Source of the DNA: Tubulanus polymorphus
Lineage: Eukaryota > Animalia > Nemertea
Assembly (NCBI RefSeq): GCF_964204645.1
Contig: NC_134032.1
Coordinates: forward strand, 9,970,275 to 10,034,274
Reading direction: 5' to 3'
Length of the DNA: 64,000 bases
The notes under the pieces are model-generated. The model was not told where the DNA came from and ran no database searches. It saw only the letters and a program-made list of their open reading frames with translations. Shown one piece after another: positions 34,601 through 48,077 of the stretch. The translations under genes and the position numbers were made by a program. Positions within the stretch are counted from its first letter, which is position 1. Every line of letters begins with the position of its first letter.

Positions 34601-37600
34601 TACTTAAGCAAAGGGCGTTCTCTTCATTCCTGTCTGAACCGATTTTCGCACCGCGATCATTGCCGCGCAGAAATGTTGACAGAACCAGCGCAAATCCTCC
34701 GCGCATATTACCACGCACACACACACACACCGCAGAGCGCTGCATTGCAAACCCTTCAGGCGAAACACGTTGTTATTACGTAACCGATCATTTGCCTGTA
34801 AACTAGGTCGGAGACTATTCAATAATTGAGATACTCTGATTACTCCGGGAAACTTGATCAAATCGTGAGAATTTTTTTGCCGGCGTCTTTCTTTCAGAAA
34901 CGATTCATCGCCGCCGGGTCCCTGCTGAGACATTTTTGTTTCTCTGGAGCAGCAGACGAAACAATTCTCTCTGCTGCGCAACAGACGAGATCTGCGTAAC
35001 ATCATAATAAAAAATTGATCTCTGTATTAAGATACTTGAATAATCTGGTGCCAGTTGCTCAAAAGTTGGTTAGAGTTAACCAATGGATGACTTAGTGACA
35101 ATAGAAGTTGCATTGTTACTATGGTTTTATCCACCTTATAGCAACTGGCCCTAGGTCGCCAAGTTCTTTTTTGGTTCTTTAAGGGTCGTTATCGCTGTAA
35201 TTGTATTGAAAACACGCTTCTTTTGGTCGCTAGGGGTCGCTTCGACTAGTAATCTCAATGGAGCAGTCTCTCAAGTTTTGTTCTAGCTTTCTAGCTCAAC
35301 TGGGCTGCTGGCATTGCGGTGAATGGGTATGCCTGTCCTCTAGAAATCACTTCAAGAATTCTCGGTTGAAGGAGTTCACCATCTCCTGCTTTTTGCCTCG
35401 GGTGGAGTGGGGGTGGTCAATGCCGTAGTAAATGGCCCTGCTGGCATCTTCTACGAAACAACCCGGTAGTGTCACCGGATTCTGTTTCTATTGCAAATAT
35501 TTTGGTCGCTATAGGGACCATGTCTTCTAGAAATCCCAGGGACACGAGTTCACCAAGTTCTCTTAATGCTCGTTTTTATAGATTTCATTTTCTATCTGTG
35601 TCTTAGCCGAACCTACCGTCTTTATCAGCTTGTTGGACCATGGCTCTAATTTCTGCCTCCGTCGGATTTTGGCCCAACGCTCGAAGCGCCGTGCCCAATT
35701 CAGTGACGCTTATATTACCGTCTCCGTCGCGGTCGAACAGATTAAACGAACGTCTGATTTCTGCGCAGAAAAACGTGTATTTACAATCGGACCTCGGGAA
35801 TCAATAGATTTTTGAACTAACTTTTATTCAAGATTTCGAAGGCTAGAATAAAACGATACCTTAATAAGATAAAATACCACTATTTACATCGTCAGGTGTC
35901 GATGATCTCTAGAATGAGATCGAAACGTCGTGTCTTTTATATATTTTTGATTGAATAAATGAATTCTGGTTTTTGAATTCTTTTAATCTGTAAATAGTGG
36001 GATTTTATCTTATTATCCGTTCACCACGTTTGAGTGTGGTTATCGTTCTAAAACGATACCTTATTTCTCCTAATCGGCTGGGTCCAGTTCCACAGTTCCG
36101 AGTTAAGATTTAACTCCGAGTTAAATCATTGAAAATGAACTAACTTTAACACAGAGTTAACTGTAACTCACAACTGTGGAACTGGGTCCAGGGTAATTTT
36201 GTGAAATGCAACAAAATTTGTTATTAGTTCACTTCTATAGCTAACGGGTCTGTTATGGTTTGCTTGATCGTGATTTTAGATTTTTTAAAAAGAAGTGTAC
36301 AGGGCAAATAGCCGGCCGGCCGGGTCAACTTTTAAGCTGAGCAGAAATGAGAAACAAGGTATCAGTGCTTAAGCCTATATTAAGGTAAGCGATAGTGATT
36401 TTGCCTTGTTACAACATTGGACATACCTTCAACCTGTTTTTTCGTCAATGTCTTCGTAGCCTGAAAATAATTCATGAAAATTTAGTTTGTAGTGGGATAT
36501 AATGTTTTGAACGAAATCGCAATCAAACATGTTTGATCTCGGAAACATTGTTTCCCGAAACCACGTCTCTCGTTTCCAGTGAAGGCACACGGCACAAGGA
36601 AACTTGTTTGTGTGCGTGCTGTCGGGATTTAAGAGATGAAAAACCTATATCAACTTAAACCATTATTCAACAATGAAAGTCAGAGGAGTCCAGCAAAAAC
36701 TGTTAACGCGGGATAATGGGAAAAGCTACACATAAATCTTTGTCAACCAAATTCATATTCTTTATTCATCCACTATAGAGGGCTGAACGTAATGATGCTG
36801 ATCTAGGGTACGCCAGCTGACCCGTGGTGTTGCTAAGCGCCCCCTGGGGTCGAATTCGGGTTTAATTCGATTTGTCTACATTAACAACGCGATATTAAAT
36901 GCCAAGCACAGTCACGTGACTGTGTTTGATAATTGTTTCCGGCGGGCACGAATCAAATCATACACCGACTCACGTGCCTGCGCAGATTTTCAGCGCGCCC
37001 TCGGGCTCCTGACGTGCCGGGGTAAGTTTTTTTTCTATCGCCAGCCGTTGGTAGTTATTAATACGCGCAATTTCAGATATACTGCTTATTAGATGATGTA
37101 ATGCAAATCCAATAGTAAACCAACAATGCTGTTACGTAAGGCAAAAAAACGATACCTTGTTTCCCCTAATCGGTCGGGTCAGTTTGTAAACCGCAGCGAA
37201 ATTGTGTAATCCCGTTCATTTTAGATAGCTGCCGGGTTCGGTAATCATGATTTTAAGAAGTGACATGTACAGGGTAGATAGGCTACCGACCGTGTCAACT
37301 TAGCCTATAAGCTTCGCAGGAATGAGAATCGAGGTATCATTTTTGTAGCCTGATTACATTTGTAAATTCTAATTACCGCCAGATTGGTTAACTATCAGAG
37401 CGAATTTAGGCGCTGCTATCGGTAATCCGGACACCTGCGTCGATGTGTAAATTGGTAAACTACACAAAAATGTTACCGTTTCAAAACTTTCAAAAAATTC
37501 TATAGTCCTGAGGCAGTGCTGTTATTTCCATTTGTGATTTCTAGTTACCGCCGGGGGATAGGCCCCTGTAAACAGATCGTTGCCCGATATGAAAGACGGC

Positions 37601-40600
37601 GGCCATTTTGTTGGTATTTTTCCATTCGGAATAATACGGATTCACTGACGCTTTTGATTAGGCGCGATGAATCGCTGATAACTTGTTACTGTTTCGCGTG
37701 GGCATTGACGCGCATATCGCGATTACAAAGATCAGCTATATTTAATCATTTCATCGGCTTTGAAGTATCTGTCTATCTCATTCTCTCTCTCTCGATATTC
37801 TCGGGTGCTTTTGGTCGCCGTTGCCCGCGCGCACACGACACGACAACCCGACGTCGGTTTAGACGGCGCGCGAGCGAATCAATCATTTTTTTTATTGAAT
37901 GAACTTTATTTCGATTAAAAGCGAGAGAAGTTTTTCACGCGTCTGCCTGTTTTCATAGATCCGGAATGAATGATGTTTTTATAAGAGGCATCGAGGATTT
38001 GCTTTCAAATGCAAATGTATATCATAATATGAAATAAATCTAATAGAGACTGATCAATTCATACTCTATCGCCATGTTTTGATCGTCCAGACTTCACATG
38101 TGTTCCGGAATTTACCTCTGAAATACGTATGTCTCAATATTTGAAAATGAACTACTATCGGCACACTTTCACAAAGCGATCGTCCACACAGATACTTTAT
38201 CGCCATTCTTACGATTTTTGATCGTCCAGACTTCACCGAATGTGGTCAGGAATTTACCCGAGATCTTTCTTTTTAATTGAATACGAACTTCACTCAGTCA
38301 TTTTATCAGGGCCCGGTTCCACAGTTGTGAGTTAGAGTTAACTCTGAGTTAAAATCAGTTCATTTTCATCAACGTTTTAATTCTAGAGTCAGACACTTAT
38401 ATTCATTGCGTTCAGGACCCAGTTCCACTGCAGTTCTCTGAGTTAAGATTTGAACTCGGAGTTAACTCTTACTCACAACTGTGGATCTGGGTCCAGGACT
38501 TCACCTAAGACATTTTTGATAGAAACACCAGACTTAAGACATTTCAACATTCATTAGAATGCAATACATATCTTAAGCCGCGATCACACGGTGACGATTC
38601 ACCTCACGATTCACTTTAAAAAGTTAATACCCTCTCCTTTTTGTTGAGCCTTAAAGTTGACCCCGCCGGTCACCTACGTATCTACCCTAATGAGTTAGCT
38701 CGGAGTCAAATCTTAACTCAGAACACTGTGGAACTGGGTCCTGCACGATATTATTCTTCAGCCCGGGTGCAATCGAAATGATGAACTGATTTCAAATTTA
38801 CTTGCAGTTTACTAATAGTGACCCGGGTCCGAGGCAACGGTATCATTTTTGTTTATTGCCTTAAAGAATTTGGTCCGGATCAAATCGCGGCAAGTTATCG
38901 CGGCTCGAAACACACGTACACGCGTATAGGCTAGTATTAAGTCGCACACACCACAGTATTACATCTTGTGACGTCAAAAACGATAGCAGACGATGACAGA
39001 GAGAAAACGCTAATCACGACGACGAAATGACGCGCACGATAAATGTCAACTTGTAATGACAGTAGTTTTCTCTAACGGTCTTTTAAGGCAGGAAAACTTA
39101 GCAAATTACGCAGAAATAGATAGGTTATCAGCTCATCCTCCTTTCCCCGTGATGCTTGTCGTCAAGTACTCTCTGATGGTCCTGTGTTGTCTCGATCGAG
39201 ATGCAAACATCTTTAATTAACGCTGATAGGATATTTTTAACTTTGCAATTAGCCTAATATTTCGTTGATACGTCAATTTCTATGTCTGTTAATCTCGTTT
39301 GCCACAGTGTATAGCGCTGCTGGACCACGTATGCTTCTGCCTTCCTCGAAGCTCGGAGTAATCGGATTGATTACTTCCGAGCTCAAAGATTTCCAACGAC
39401 GTTATGAAAATATCCATCAAAGGCTTATACAGACCTATAGTGTTGATTTGACATTTTTAAACGGCAGAAGAGATGAAAAAACTGAGACAGTTCGACGATA
39501 TCAAAGGGGATCATACGAAGGCAACCATCTTTCTGCAACTGGGAAAGAAGAACAATTTCTTACTGTTCGTTTATGAATATTTGAGGACAGAGAAACTGAG
39601 AATCAGTTCAATTTTTGATTCATTTTGAAAAAGTCATAAATTATTTGAGACTGCGTTAACGGGGAACGTACGACCTCCTGTGTGGCAATCGAGGATTCCA
39701 CTTGTGGCAGGCGAGGATCCACCAGGTTCGCTAATAGTTACTCGGTCTTCCGCGTTCCTTCGATTTCAAATGAAAAGCGTATCAACTTTTACTTGAATAA
39801 ATCAATATTTTATGAAAACTATACCGATATCTGGTGTAGAAAAATTAAATTGGGTGGTCGTGTCATGAGGATTTTTGAAATCAGCCGTTTTTTCTGTTGT
39901 CCATATATAATAGGGGTAATTTGATGATTTCATAGGGCGATCTAGGGCTCCGAGGTTCATTTGAATGACTCGTGCTACAAAAATATGATACCAGAAGTTT
40001 CTAATCTTGATACTTAATGAAGTTCAAATTGAAACGTCGAGTGAAATTCAAAGGCTTCACATTTCATAGAAAGTACTTCGATAAATCGGCGACATTGATA
40101 TCGGCTTACACGCACGGGTAGGTCGCGAACGGTCACGTGTCTGGTATCCAGTCGCCGGTGTACGTAGGTAAATGCCAAGGTCACTATTTCTTCGTAGAAA
40201 ACAACCATCGTCGTTTTTTAGGGTAAAATTAAAGATGAGTATTTTCCGGCGAGAAATTGACATGATCATGTTCTTTCAATAGTCAAAGAAGAAAATTTTC
40301 AGTAAAAGTATCCGGCCCATTACTTTGGAATAACATCAGTGAAAATCTGAAAAACATGGAAAATTCTAAACTGTTCCTAAGAAATTATAGAAAGCAACTT
40401 TGTGCTTGATTTTATCATTATTCGAACTAAAACTAAATTGTTTTTAAAATATTCCAGAAAACAACTGGCTTATTAAATAATAATATCTTAATCAAGCTGT
40501 TATCATAGTTTACTTTGATTGCATTTTGTGTGTTAAGGGTTGGCTGTGAGCATATTATTTTCTTTATTGCCTTTCTCTTTTTTTCTTTACTCTTTTGTGG

Positions 40601-43600
40601 GACCTGTTTTATACAAACTATTCCTTAGTTTCTACAGGCCCCTCCAGGTCTAATTCACTGTATTTTGTATTATGCGTTGTACACTATGCTGTAAATTATA
40701 TTTGAAAAATAAAGTGTTCAAATCAAATCAAAATCAAATCCGCTTAGGATACAACACCTTTATTGTCATCCAAGCCATACCGAGAACAAAGCTATTTACA
40801 GCCCCTGCCAGTATTCGAACCAAAAGCCTCTGGGATTCAGGCCCTCCCGGCTCACCAAAAGAACGCCGAGATACAGTGATCGAACACTGTTTGAAAGTTT
40901 ATCTGGTCGATGTGATTACTAGCCTTCCGTTTTGGTGATTGGTCACTAGCAATAACTATTAATCCAAGAGCTTCCTCGAGTTTTCGAGGGTCGGTCCTTG
41001 TTCGCTTAATGGGACTCATCCTAGAGTAGGGCCTTTTAGGAAGAACTTGAACATCTTTTTCTGGTCTTAAGATTCACCGATACGTAATCTCCATATCGTT
41101 GCGTAGAGTGGGCGAAGTGCTTTTATTTCATACTGCTTCTCGTAACGAACATACGCAGCGGGTTATATTCCACTGTATTCCAGAATACAGTCAGAAAAGT
41201 GTGAATAAGATATTTTCTAGAAGTAACTAATCTAACAAGGTCCAGAATGCCTTTTAAATACTAAGAAAAGCATCATTTTTCAAATCTTTCTTGGGCAGGA
41301 ACCCCAATGAGCTTCGCCGCCGGCATATCAATGAGCAACAATTTTTACGAATTAGAGTCAAGCTGGATACGACCCTCATACATACACTGAGAAAATGACG
41401 ACATCGTACTAAGTCAACCACATTTCAGAAGCGGCGGATGTGCGCGCCAGTGACATTCTGATTACGAAAGAAGACACAAAAATACCTAATCACGTCTTTC
41501 TGTCGATATAATCTTCTCGCGCGGTTCCCGTGTCTCTATTTGATATTTATCCGGGAGTAACGCGACAGAAAATGCTGTTTAAGACCGGGCACTTATTATA
41601 GCAACGCTCTGACGGCGGAGCGCTCGCTCAGCGGTTGCTGCGATGCGGTAAAAAGGAATCGGTTGCTGCCGTCTGCATCGGTGACTTTGTATGCGGGCTG
41701 AACTTTTTCTACGCGACTAATCCCTCTCATGTGAACGCCTTGCTCTGACACACACGTACGCATCACTCTCTAGATGAAAATATCGAATAGCACACATTAA
41801 CTGCGGCCACAAGACGCCCGAAGGGTATCCATTGTTCATGTTCCAAAATACGTGTCCTGTTCAAAAACCGTCTCGCGCAAAGACATAAAATATATAGGAG
41901 ACGGTAGCATCTGGTGATGTCACTGAAAACCCTATTTCTGCCGCTAGGTGGCCCGCTGGGCCCATAATTTGCACTACACAAAACCAGTCGCCCATACCGA
42001 CATTGAACCCAATTTTCACCATCAAGATCGACCCACTATTAACACGGCTAGGTAGCTGAAAGAGTCGTTTAGAGCTTACGACATTAATTGATGGCGCCCG
42101 TGGTTCTCGTAGGAGTGGTACACAGGAGAAGCGGAAAATAAGCGGTGGCGGAACTGTGCGGCGGGCGATTTTAAAAAATCCGCATTTCGCAGAAATTAAC
42201 TATAATTCTTGCGTTACAGAAATTACGTTTAATTGCGACAGTCGCCGACGAAAAATTGCCGTCGATTTAAAACGATCAAAATACATACACGAAAAATGAA
42301 AAAAAGAAGAAAAACGCCCGGAAGGAGCCGTCGATGATATACAAGGATTGTACAAATGAATATAGATGCAAAAACTCCACGAATCTCCTGAAATGACGTC
42401 ATTAGTTTGCCTATCCTTAAAGCCGGGCGTGGGTCGGTCTCGTGTCGTGCGACCAGATTTCGTCAAGAGATCGGCTCGTGCGGACGCCGGACTTTACGGA
42501 AAAGAAATTTGATTTCGTACTTTTTTTTTAACATGGGATCCTTCCAGATCAACATTTCCAAATATAAGGAGTTTTCAAGTTGTTTTAAAGGAGAAAATTT
42601 GGAATTTCGAGGTATAGGTTCCGCATCACCTTCTTATCTCTTATATCCCGATTACCATATAGACTCCTCCCAGTACTGTTAACCTCGGTAAACCATTAAT
42701 TCAGTGGGTTTTTTTTAAAGCAAATTGTTATCCTTAAGATTACTGTAAAACTCGATTGCTAACCGCTTAATAGAGTAAAAACAAGTCCAAACTGTACCTA
42801 TTTAGGCATAGTTTACTGTACAACTATACAAACTAGACAAACACTTCTAATCGCCTATTCCTCAAAATGAAGGAGTTTTAAACACTTTCGGGCAATATCA
42901 CGTATCGTTTAGAAGAAGTTTTGGGAATTTTGCTCAAATTAAAGCAGTTTCAAGAAACCACGTTTGAAAGTATTTTCAGTTTAGAAGGTGTTTGCAACGA
43001 ACCGAGGATTCGCAGGGACCCCGCAACAATTGGACAGGACTACTACTTGATAATGATTTGTAAACTTATCGGGTATCATACCAAGATAGATATTAAAACA
43101 AACAGAACGATGACCCATCGGGAGTCATCGAATATCGACCGTGGTCGACTCACCCGAAAGATGATAGCAGTCGACACGAAATCCGCCGACATCATCAAAT
43201 GATGCTCGTAGATTAGCCTCTAGCCTCCTTTCAAGAGAAGAATGCTTGTCTCGAATTCCCCTGTGAATTCAGCGATGATATCATAGCACGGAGACCTATT
43301 GAGCTATTCGATATCACAGTGAAGTTATCATTATGGGGTAGAGAGGAGAGATTTGTTAACTGCTGACATCTTTTCTAGAAGCGTCTTTCATCTAAATTCG
43401 CGTTGTCTTAGTCTTTCGATACATACTTAACTCTGCTTGTAAGTATATAGGAATGCAGAGTATTCTAATCGCACGAGTTGATTATTGATCTTTTTTTTTA
43501 ATACGCGATTTAAGGCGTCACAAGTTTAAGGTCACCACCGACGCTGAACTTTTGACGGATGTTGACTGAGTGTGTCTTCGTCACCACACGATATGTATAC

Positions 43601-44328
43601 ATTGTACAGTGAATATAAATTCTATAATCTAGACGGTAATCGAACTAAAATCTGACACCAGACGGCACTGAATGTTGACACCGCAGGGCGTACTTCGGTT
43701 ATCGTTCGAGTGAGTCGACTATTCGCGAACTGTGAACGAAAGTCCGAACGAAAGTTCGAAAATAGCACGGTCGCCGTAGTTCGGTCCTATCTAGCTCCAA
43801 GGTTGCCTATACTGTACAGCGTAAGATTGTACAGAACTAATGCGTCCTCATTTCCGACAGCAGGGGCGGTACCAGGCTGGAGGAAATGGGGTTCACGACA
43901 CTTTATCGTCGTGGTCGGCGTCCTAGCGAACACCAACGAAAGCGTGGTGCACTTACAGGGGTCCTCCCACAGAAAATCTAGGTACATTTTAATGCAATTT
44001 CAGTGTGCCTTTAAGACTCACGTCGTACATCATTATGGGATGGAATTTTAACTCCAGTGATTTTCGAAAAGGCACTTGGTCATAAAAGGGGGTTCGAACT
44101 CACTCTGGATCCGCCACTAGACAGCTAGTCGCCTAATTTACAAAAATCCCAATGCGCCTTGGTGATACGTTCATGTTGAAACCAAATGACGCTAGGTACG
44201 CTTATAACATATACACAAAACAAAATCTGGGCGTCCTGACATTCGAAATTACAATACTTAACACGAAAAAAGATAAAACACGGATACGGACACGGGCACG
44301 GACACACGGACACAGGCTTACTTACCAT
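31655..44328 (-). CDS. divergent calmodulin-like protein, 151 aa, four EF hands; complement(join(31655-31683,32358-32505,33885-33982,35617-35760,36427-36460,44326-44328))
   Basis: [151 protein letters not shown]; all GT-AG, phases consistent; ATG-only first coding exon (aaaATG|GTAAGT) and 144-nt exon as in calmodulin genes. The ATG exon assignment is the least certain part. Confidence 0.9.
32358..32505 (-). CDS. calmodulin-like exon (EF3, EF4)
   Basis: [16 protein letters not shown]...[27 protein letters not shown]. Confidence 0.97.
33212..33411. repeat. near-perfect ~100-bp tandem duplication within a dispersed repeat (related copy ~29459-29760)
   Basis: gggaatataatggtcgtttctaaataagttcaaatacgttagac... 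occurs twice, period ~101. Confidence 0.85.
33885..33982 (-). CDS. calmodulin-like exon (EF2 and central linker)
   Basis: [14 protein letters not shown]...EMREAFK. Confidence 0.95.
35617..35760 (-). CDS. calmodulin-like exon (EF1, GQNPTEAE, start of EF2)
   Basis: 144 nt; [15 protein letters not shown] and LGQNPTEAE. Confidence 0.95.
35848..36063 (+). mobile_element. Penelope-like short insertion with inverted terminal segment and 15-bp flanking direct repeat
   Basis: taaaacgatacctta on both sides; taataagataaaataccacta (35862-35882) inverted at 35996-36016; GATGA-hairpin-CGAAAC core 35901-35926. Confidence 0.55.
36080..36189. mobile_element. palindromic MITE (gggtccagttccacagtt ... aactgtggaactgggtcc); more copies at 8947-9310, 38308-38494, 38690-38741
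   Basis: terminal inverted repeats and multiple copies in the window. Confidence 0.8.
36427..36460 (-). CDS. calmodulin-like exon ([11 protein letters not shown])
   Basis: ttttcAG acceptor, GTATGT donor on minus strand. Confidence 0.85.
39659..39760. repeat. dispersed ~100-bp repeat, second copy ~45915-46011
   Basis: acggggaacgtacgacctcctgt...gcaggcgaggatccaccaggttcgc...gttactcggtcttccgcgttc shared. Confidence 0.75.
40510..40740 (+). mobile_element. probable LINE 3' end
   Basis: T-rich stretch, AATAAA then (TCAAA)n tail as in CR1/L2-group elements. Confidence 0.4.
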
Positions 44329-47300
44329 TTTTTTGACTTGCGTTGTTTTCCCGAACGTGAGGTTCTGGTTAATGATCAGCGTTGATCCGTCCGTCGTCGC
44401 TGCAACTCGACAATCGACGATGGCAACGTCACCGCGCGTCTGTGTCAACGCCGCGTTGATCGAGCTATACGGTAAACAATAACGATAGAAGACTGGAGTA
44501 AAAATTTGATAGGGGAAAATATTAGCTCTTTTCAGATTCGAAGATAGCTGGCGACTAGTATATATACATATCTAACATAGGAATTGTTATTCAATTCATG
44601 AAAATATCTGAGACATATTTCGAATTCTAGGGCGTTTCATCAGACCCATCCGATTGGCACGCTGCCAATTTATTTCACCCTTGGCTCTGGGGGATTGTAA
44701 TGAGAATCACGCGATGAATCCGCCTGATGTCGTTGGCCACACCCAAACCCCCGTGACGAGCTCTGACCAGGAAAGGGAACAAATATTCCTCTTCGCTAAA
44801 TACAATATAATTTCCAGAAACTTTCGACCATATATATACGAACAACAATCTAAATTATAATCTCGTCTCAAGCGTGACGTCATAATGTAGGGCGCTTAAG
44901 CGAAGGATGATAGCGAAGAAGGATAGTGAAAAAAAATGAGCGAGAGAAACCTTTGCAGGGCGAAAAAACGTACGGGTACGAGGGCGAGCTAGAGGCAAGA
45001 GGTAGTGGGGAGAGAGGGTGTAGGGCAGGTACGAAGAGAGATAGTGAGGAGACCGATTAGGAGAGTGAAGGAAGAGAGTGAGAACTATTACAAAGCGCAC
45101 CTAGGTTAGGTACCATATTATGACGGCTAAGACTTACGACCAGTCTAAGACCAACTTACATGTAGTTTTATACCCAATCTAATAACTAATGATCACACTA
45201 AAGATCTAAGATCGCTTTTGGTTGGACTTTAGTCGTCCGGTGCACGGCAGAAAGTGTAACAAAACGGCTATAGACAGGAAACATCGTTACCGGGGATAGA
45301 CAAGAAACACCGTTCGGAAATTCTTTGCGCTCCACATTCAAAAATAACGTAACCGTTTTCAGGTTTCTTTCCGCCAATGGCAAACAACAATCACCGTCAT
45401 CATTACAAATGACGTTTGCAGTCGGTGCGCGGATTTCCGGCCCGTCACGTGACACGTCTCCCGGAGCCAGCGGTAGCTTTATTTCGTGGTTGTAGTTCGT
45501 CTGTCGTCGTGGATTATATAATTGAGAGACGGCCCCGGAGTGGGGGTATAATTGAGATACGGACCCGAGGGAGGGCGAATTTCGTCGTGGACGAGCGTAA
45601 TTTCGGTGAAAATCGTCTGCGCTACTGCGAGTGACGAGATCAGACGGAAGTGTTCTTTTTTTTCGACGCCGTAAAAACCGTTACAATAATGTTTATACAC
45701 ATTGATAACTACAACGCATTATTATATAAGGGGTTCTGTGTGAGTCGATGTGCATTTCGTCATCAATCTTGGCGTTTCAAAATAAACAATTACAACTAAT
45801 TAATTTGGTTTTTATTTTGTAATTAGATATATTTTCCTAACTCTTATTTCAAATTTAATAGATTTTGATTATCGTTTTTGAGAGAATTGACTGGTTGGCG
45901 GCCGATTCAAATCAACGGGGAACGTACGACCTCCTGTGGCAGTCGCCGATTCAATTGTTAGCAGGCGAGGATCCACCAGGTTCGCACGTAGTTACTCGGT
46001 CTTCCGCGTTCGATTTCGTGTATATTTCTGTTGAATCTGAATGGACTTTTTCTTTAAGAAATTGAATTTTATGTATATATTTGGTGGGACCTGTGATATT
46101 ATATGGATTCTGGAGCCTAAAAGTTCAGTTTTGAGTTCATCGAAAATGAACTAATTTTGACAACGTATAACATGCTCTTCACGCCATCTGGTGGGATAGC
46201 TGGTGTTGCAGTTCTCTATCATCGATCAAATGAAAATAACGTGATCCTCTTAAAATTGTATGATATCATTTATACTATATTGTCCATTGTTGACAATATT
46301 ATATGTCTTTTTTTCAAGGCGCCAATAAACATTCAAGTTATATTAGTTTTTATGTTATCTTAGCCAATCAAATGGGTGGCTTCGCGATCGGTTATTTCCA
46401 AAAATAGCCGAACATGAGCAAATCGTGCTTTATTCATAGCTTGTAAATTCTATCCGTTCTCAACCCGGTTACCGGCTATAAATAACGAAGTGACGGTTAA
46501 GTGACGGTTGAGTTCAAACGTTCGAAATTAAAACGCATCGGCAACTCAAAAGACCGGTACAGGGATTGAACTGATGCGATAGTCATTGAAGACCCGGGTT
46601 TGCCTATTTCCGGCTCAGTAACTTCCGGAATTCGTTCGAAGAAGATACGGAGCTCTCGAGGAGTAATCGGTTTCGCGATCCCGGGCAATTTGTATAATGT
46701 TTGTAATAATCTTTGTTATAAGGGCAGCTACTAACTATAAAGTCTTTGACCAGACTCAGGATCCGTAAATCCATTAATTCATGAAAGAAGGTATCAGTAT
46801 AGTGCTCATTTTCAGCGGCAGGTGGTTGCTTGGTCTGCTAACCCCAAGATGTAAAGGACGGCAGATGAGAGCCCCTATAATTTTCCCTATGACTTGCGCC
46901 TTTGGTCCTATCCCGAACTAATGGCCGCTTTTCCGATAATAAATCTCGTTATGACGTCATCAACTTACCGGTCTACACCGAAAAAGAAAGATAGGGTCTC
47001 TCCTTCCACTCCAAAAATTGCCAATTATTTTAAAGAAGATTCTTTTAATTCACCCCTTCGTTCAACTATTATATCTGCACTTCAATTTCCGATTTCAAAA
47101 TCAAACCCAATTTCTTGAGATCCCTGTTCCTAAAATCAGGATCACGAAATAAAGGAATGAAAACTGCAGGATGGAGCGTGGGGATAGAGTGGCGTGGAGC
47201 ATCGAGAGCGGAAAATGCGGAGCAAGGAGACAATGACGAGAATAGAGAAGAGATGCACAAACGACGTGAGTGACATAGTAAATTAATAAGCAAGCAAGGG

Positions 47301-47850
47301 CGTTTCACTGTTATTATGACGAACGCCTTTTACACGGGCGTGCGCGCGCGTGCAAACAAATGATTTCGTGATCGTCCGAAATTTTATATGGTTAATTATA
47401 GCCCCTGTCGTCCTTTAATGCACTGAAGTCCTTCGCGTTTGATTACCTTTGTCTATATAGATAAACGTATTCCCTTTGAAATGGTGGCAGTTGTATTTTT
47501 GTTGCTCTCAATTCGGCGTGCCTGTTGCATCGGACGGTATTTGGCTTTTCGACTTTCATCGATTTCAAAAGGCTTCTGTCGCGTCAAGCCGTTTAAAAAC
47601 GACGTGAAATCTAACTTTTTCAACCCCCATTATTACAGTAAAATTTCGGTTTAGTTTGACTTGTGACGAAGCTTTCATTCTTCAGGGTAGGATCCAAGGG
47701 GTGGGTACAGGGGGTGAAATTTTACGGCATAATGAAATGTATTAAACCAATACATAAACAGAGTTTAAATTCATAAGCTCTTCTCTGCATTTCCAAAAGT
47801 GAGTTCATTTTTTCCGATTATATTTTGCTTCCGTGGTGCCATTGTAATTA

Positions 47851-48077
47851 CAGTCAAAGTCCGTTATAACGACATCCCTTTTAATGCCACTGCTCACTCT
47901 AACGCCAACATTTCTCCGGAACAAATTTGCTCAATCTAACTCAAATTCAACGAGAGGCGCAGTGGCCGACTGGTTTAAGCTGCCGGTCACACTGATAACG
48001 CTAATTTCTTCATACCGCCAATACGCCAGCATGTTTTCGAATGGTCCCAACAGTGATATTATAACGAGCTTTTACTG
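47851..48077. mobile_element. Tc1/mariner(pogo)-type MITE
   Basis: TA|CAGTCAAAGTCCGTTATAAC ... TTATAACGAGCTTTTACTG|TA. Confidence 0.7.

Noticed and set aside
31655-44328. Calling the EF-hand gene canonical calmodulin (CALM)
   Set aside because: Far too many substitutions relative to the near-invariant animal calmodulin; left without a gene symbol
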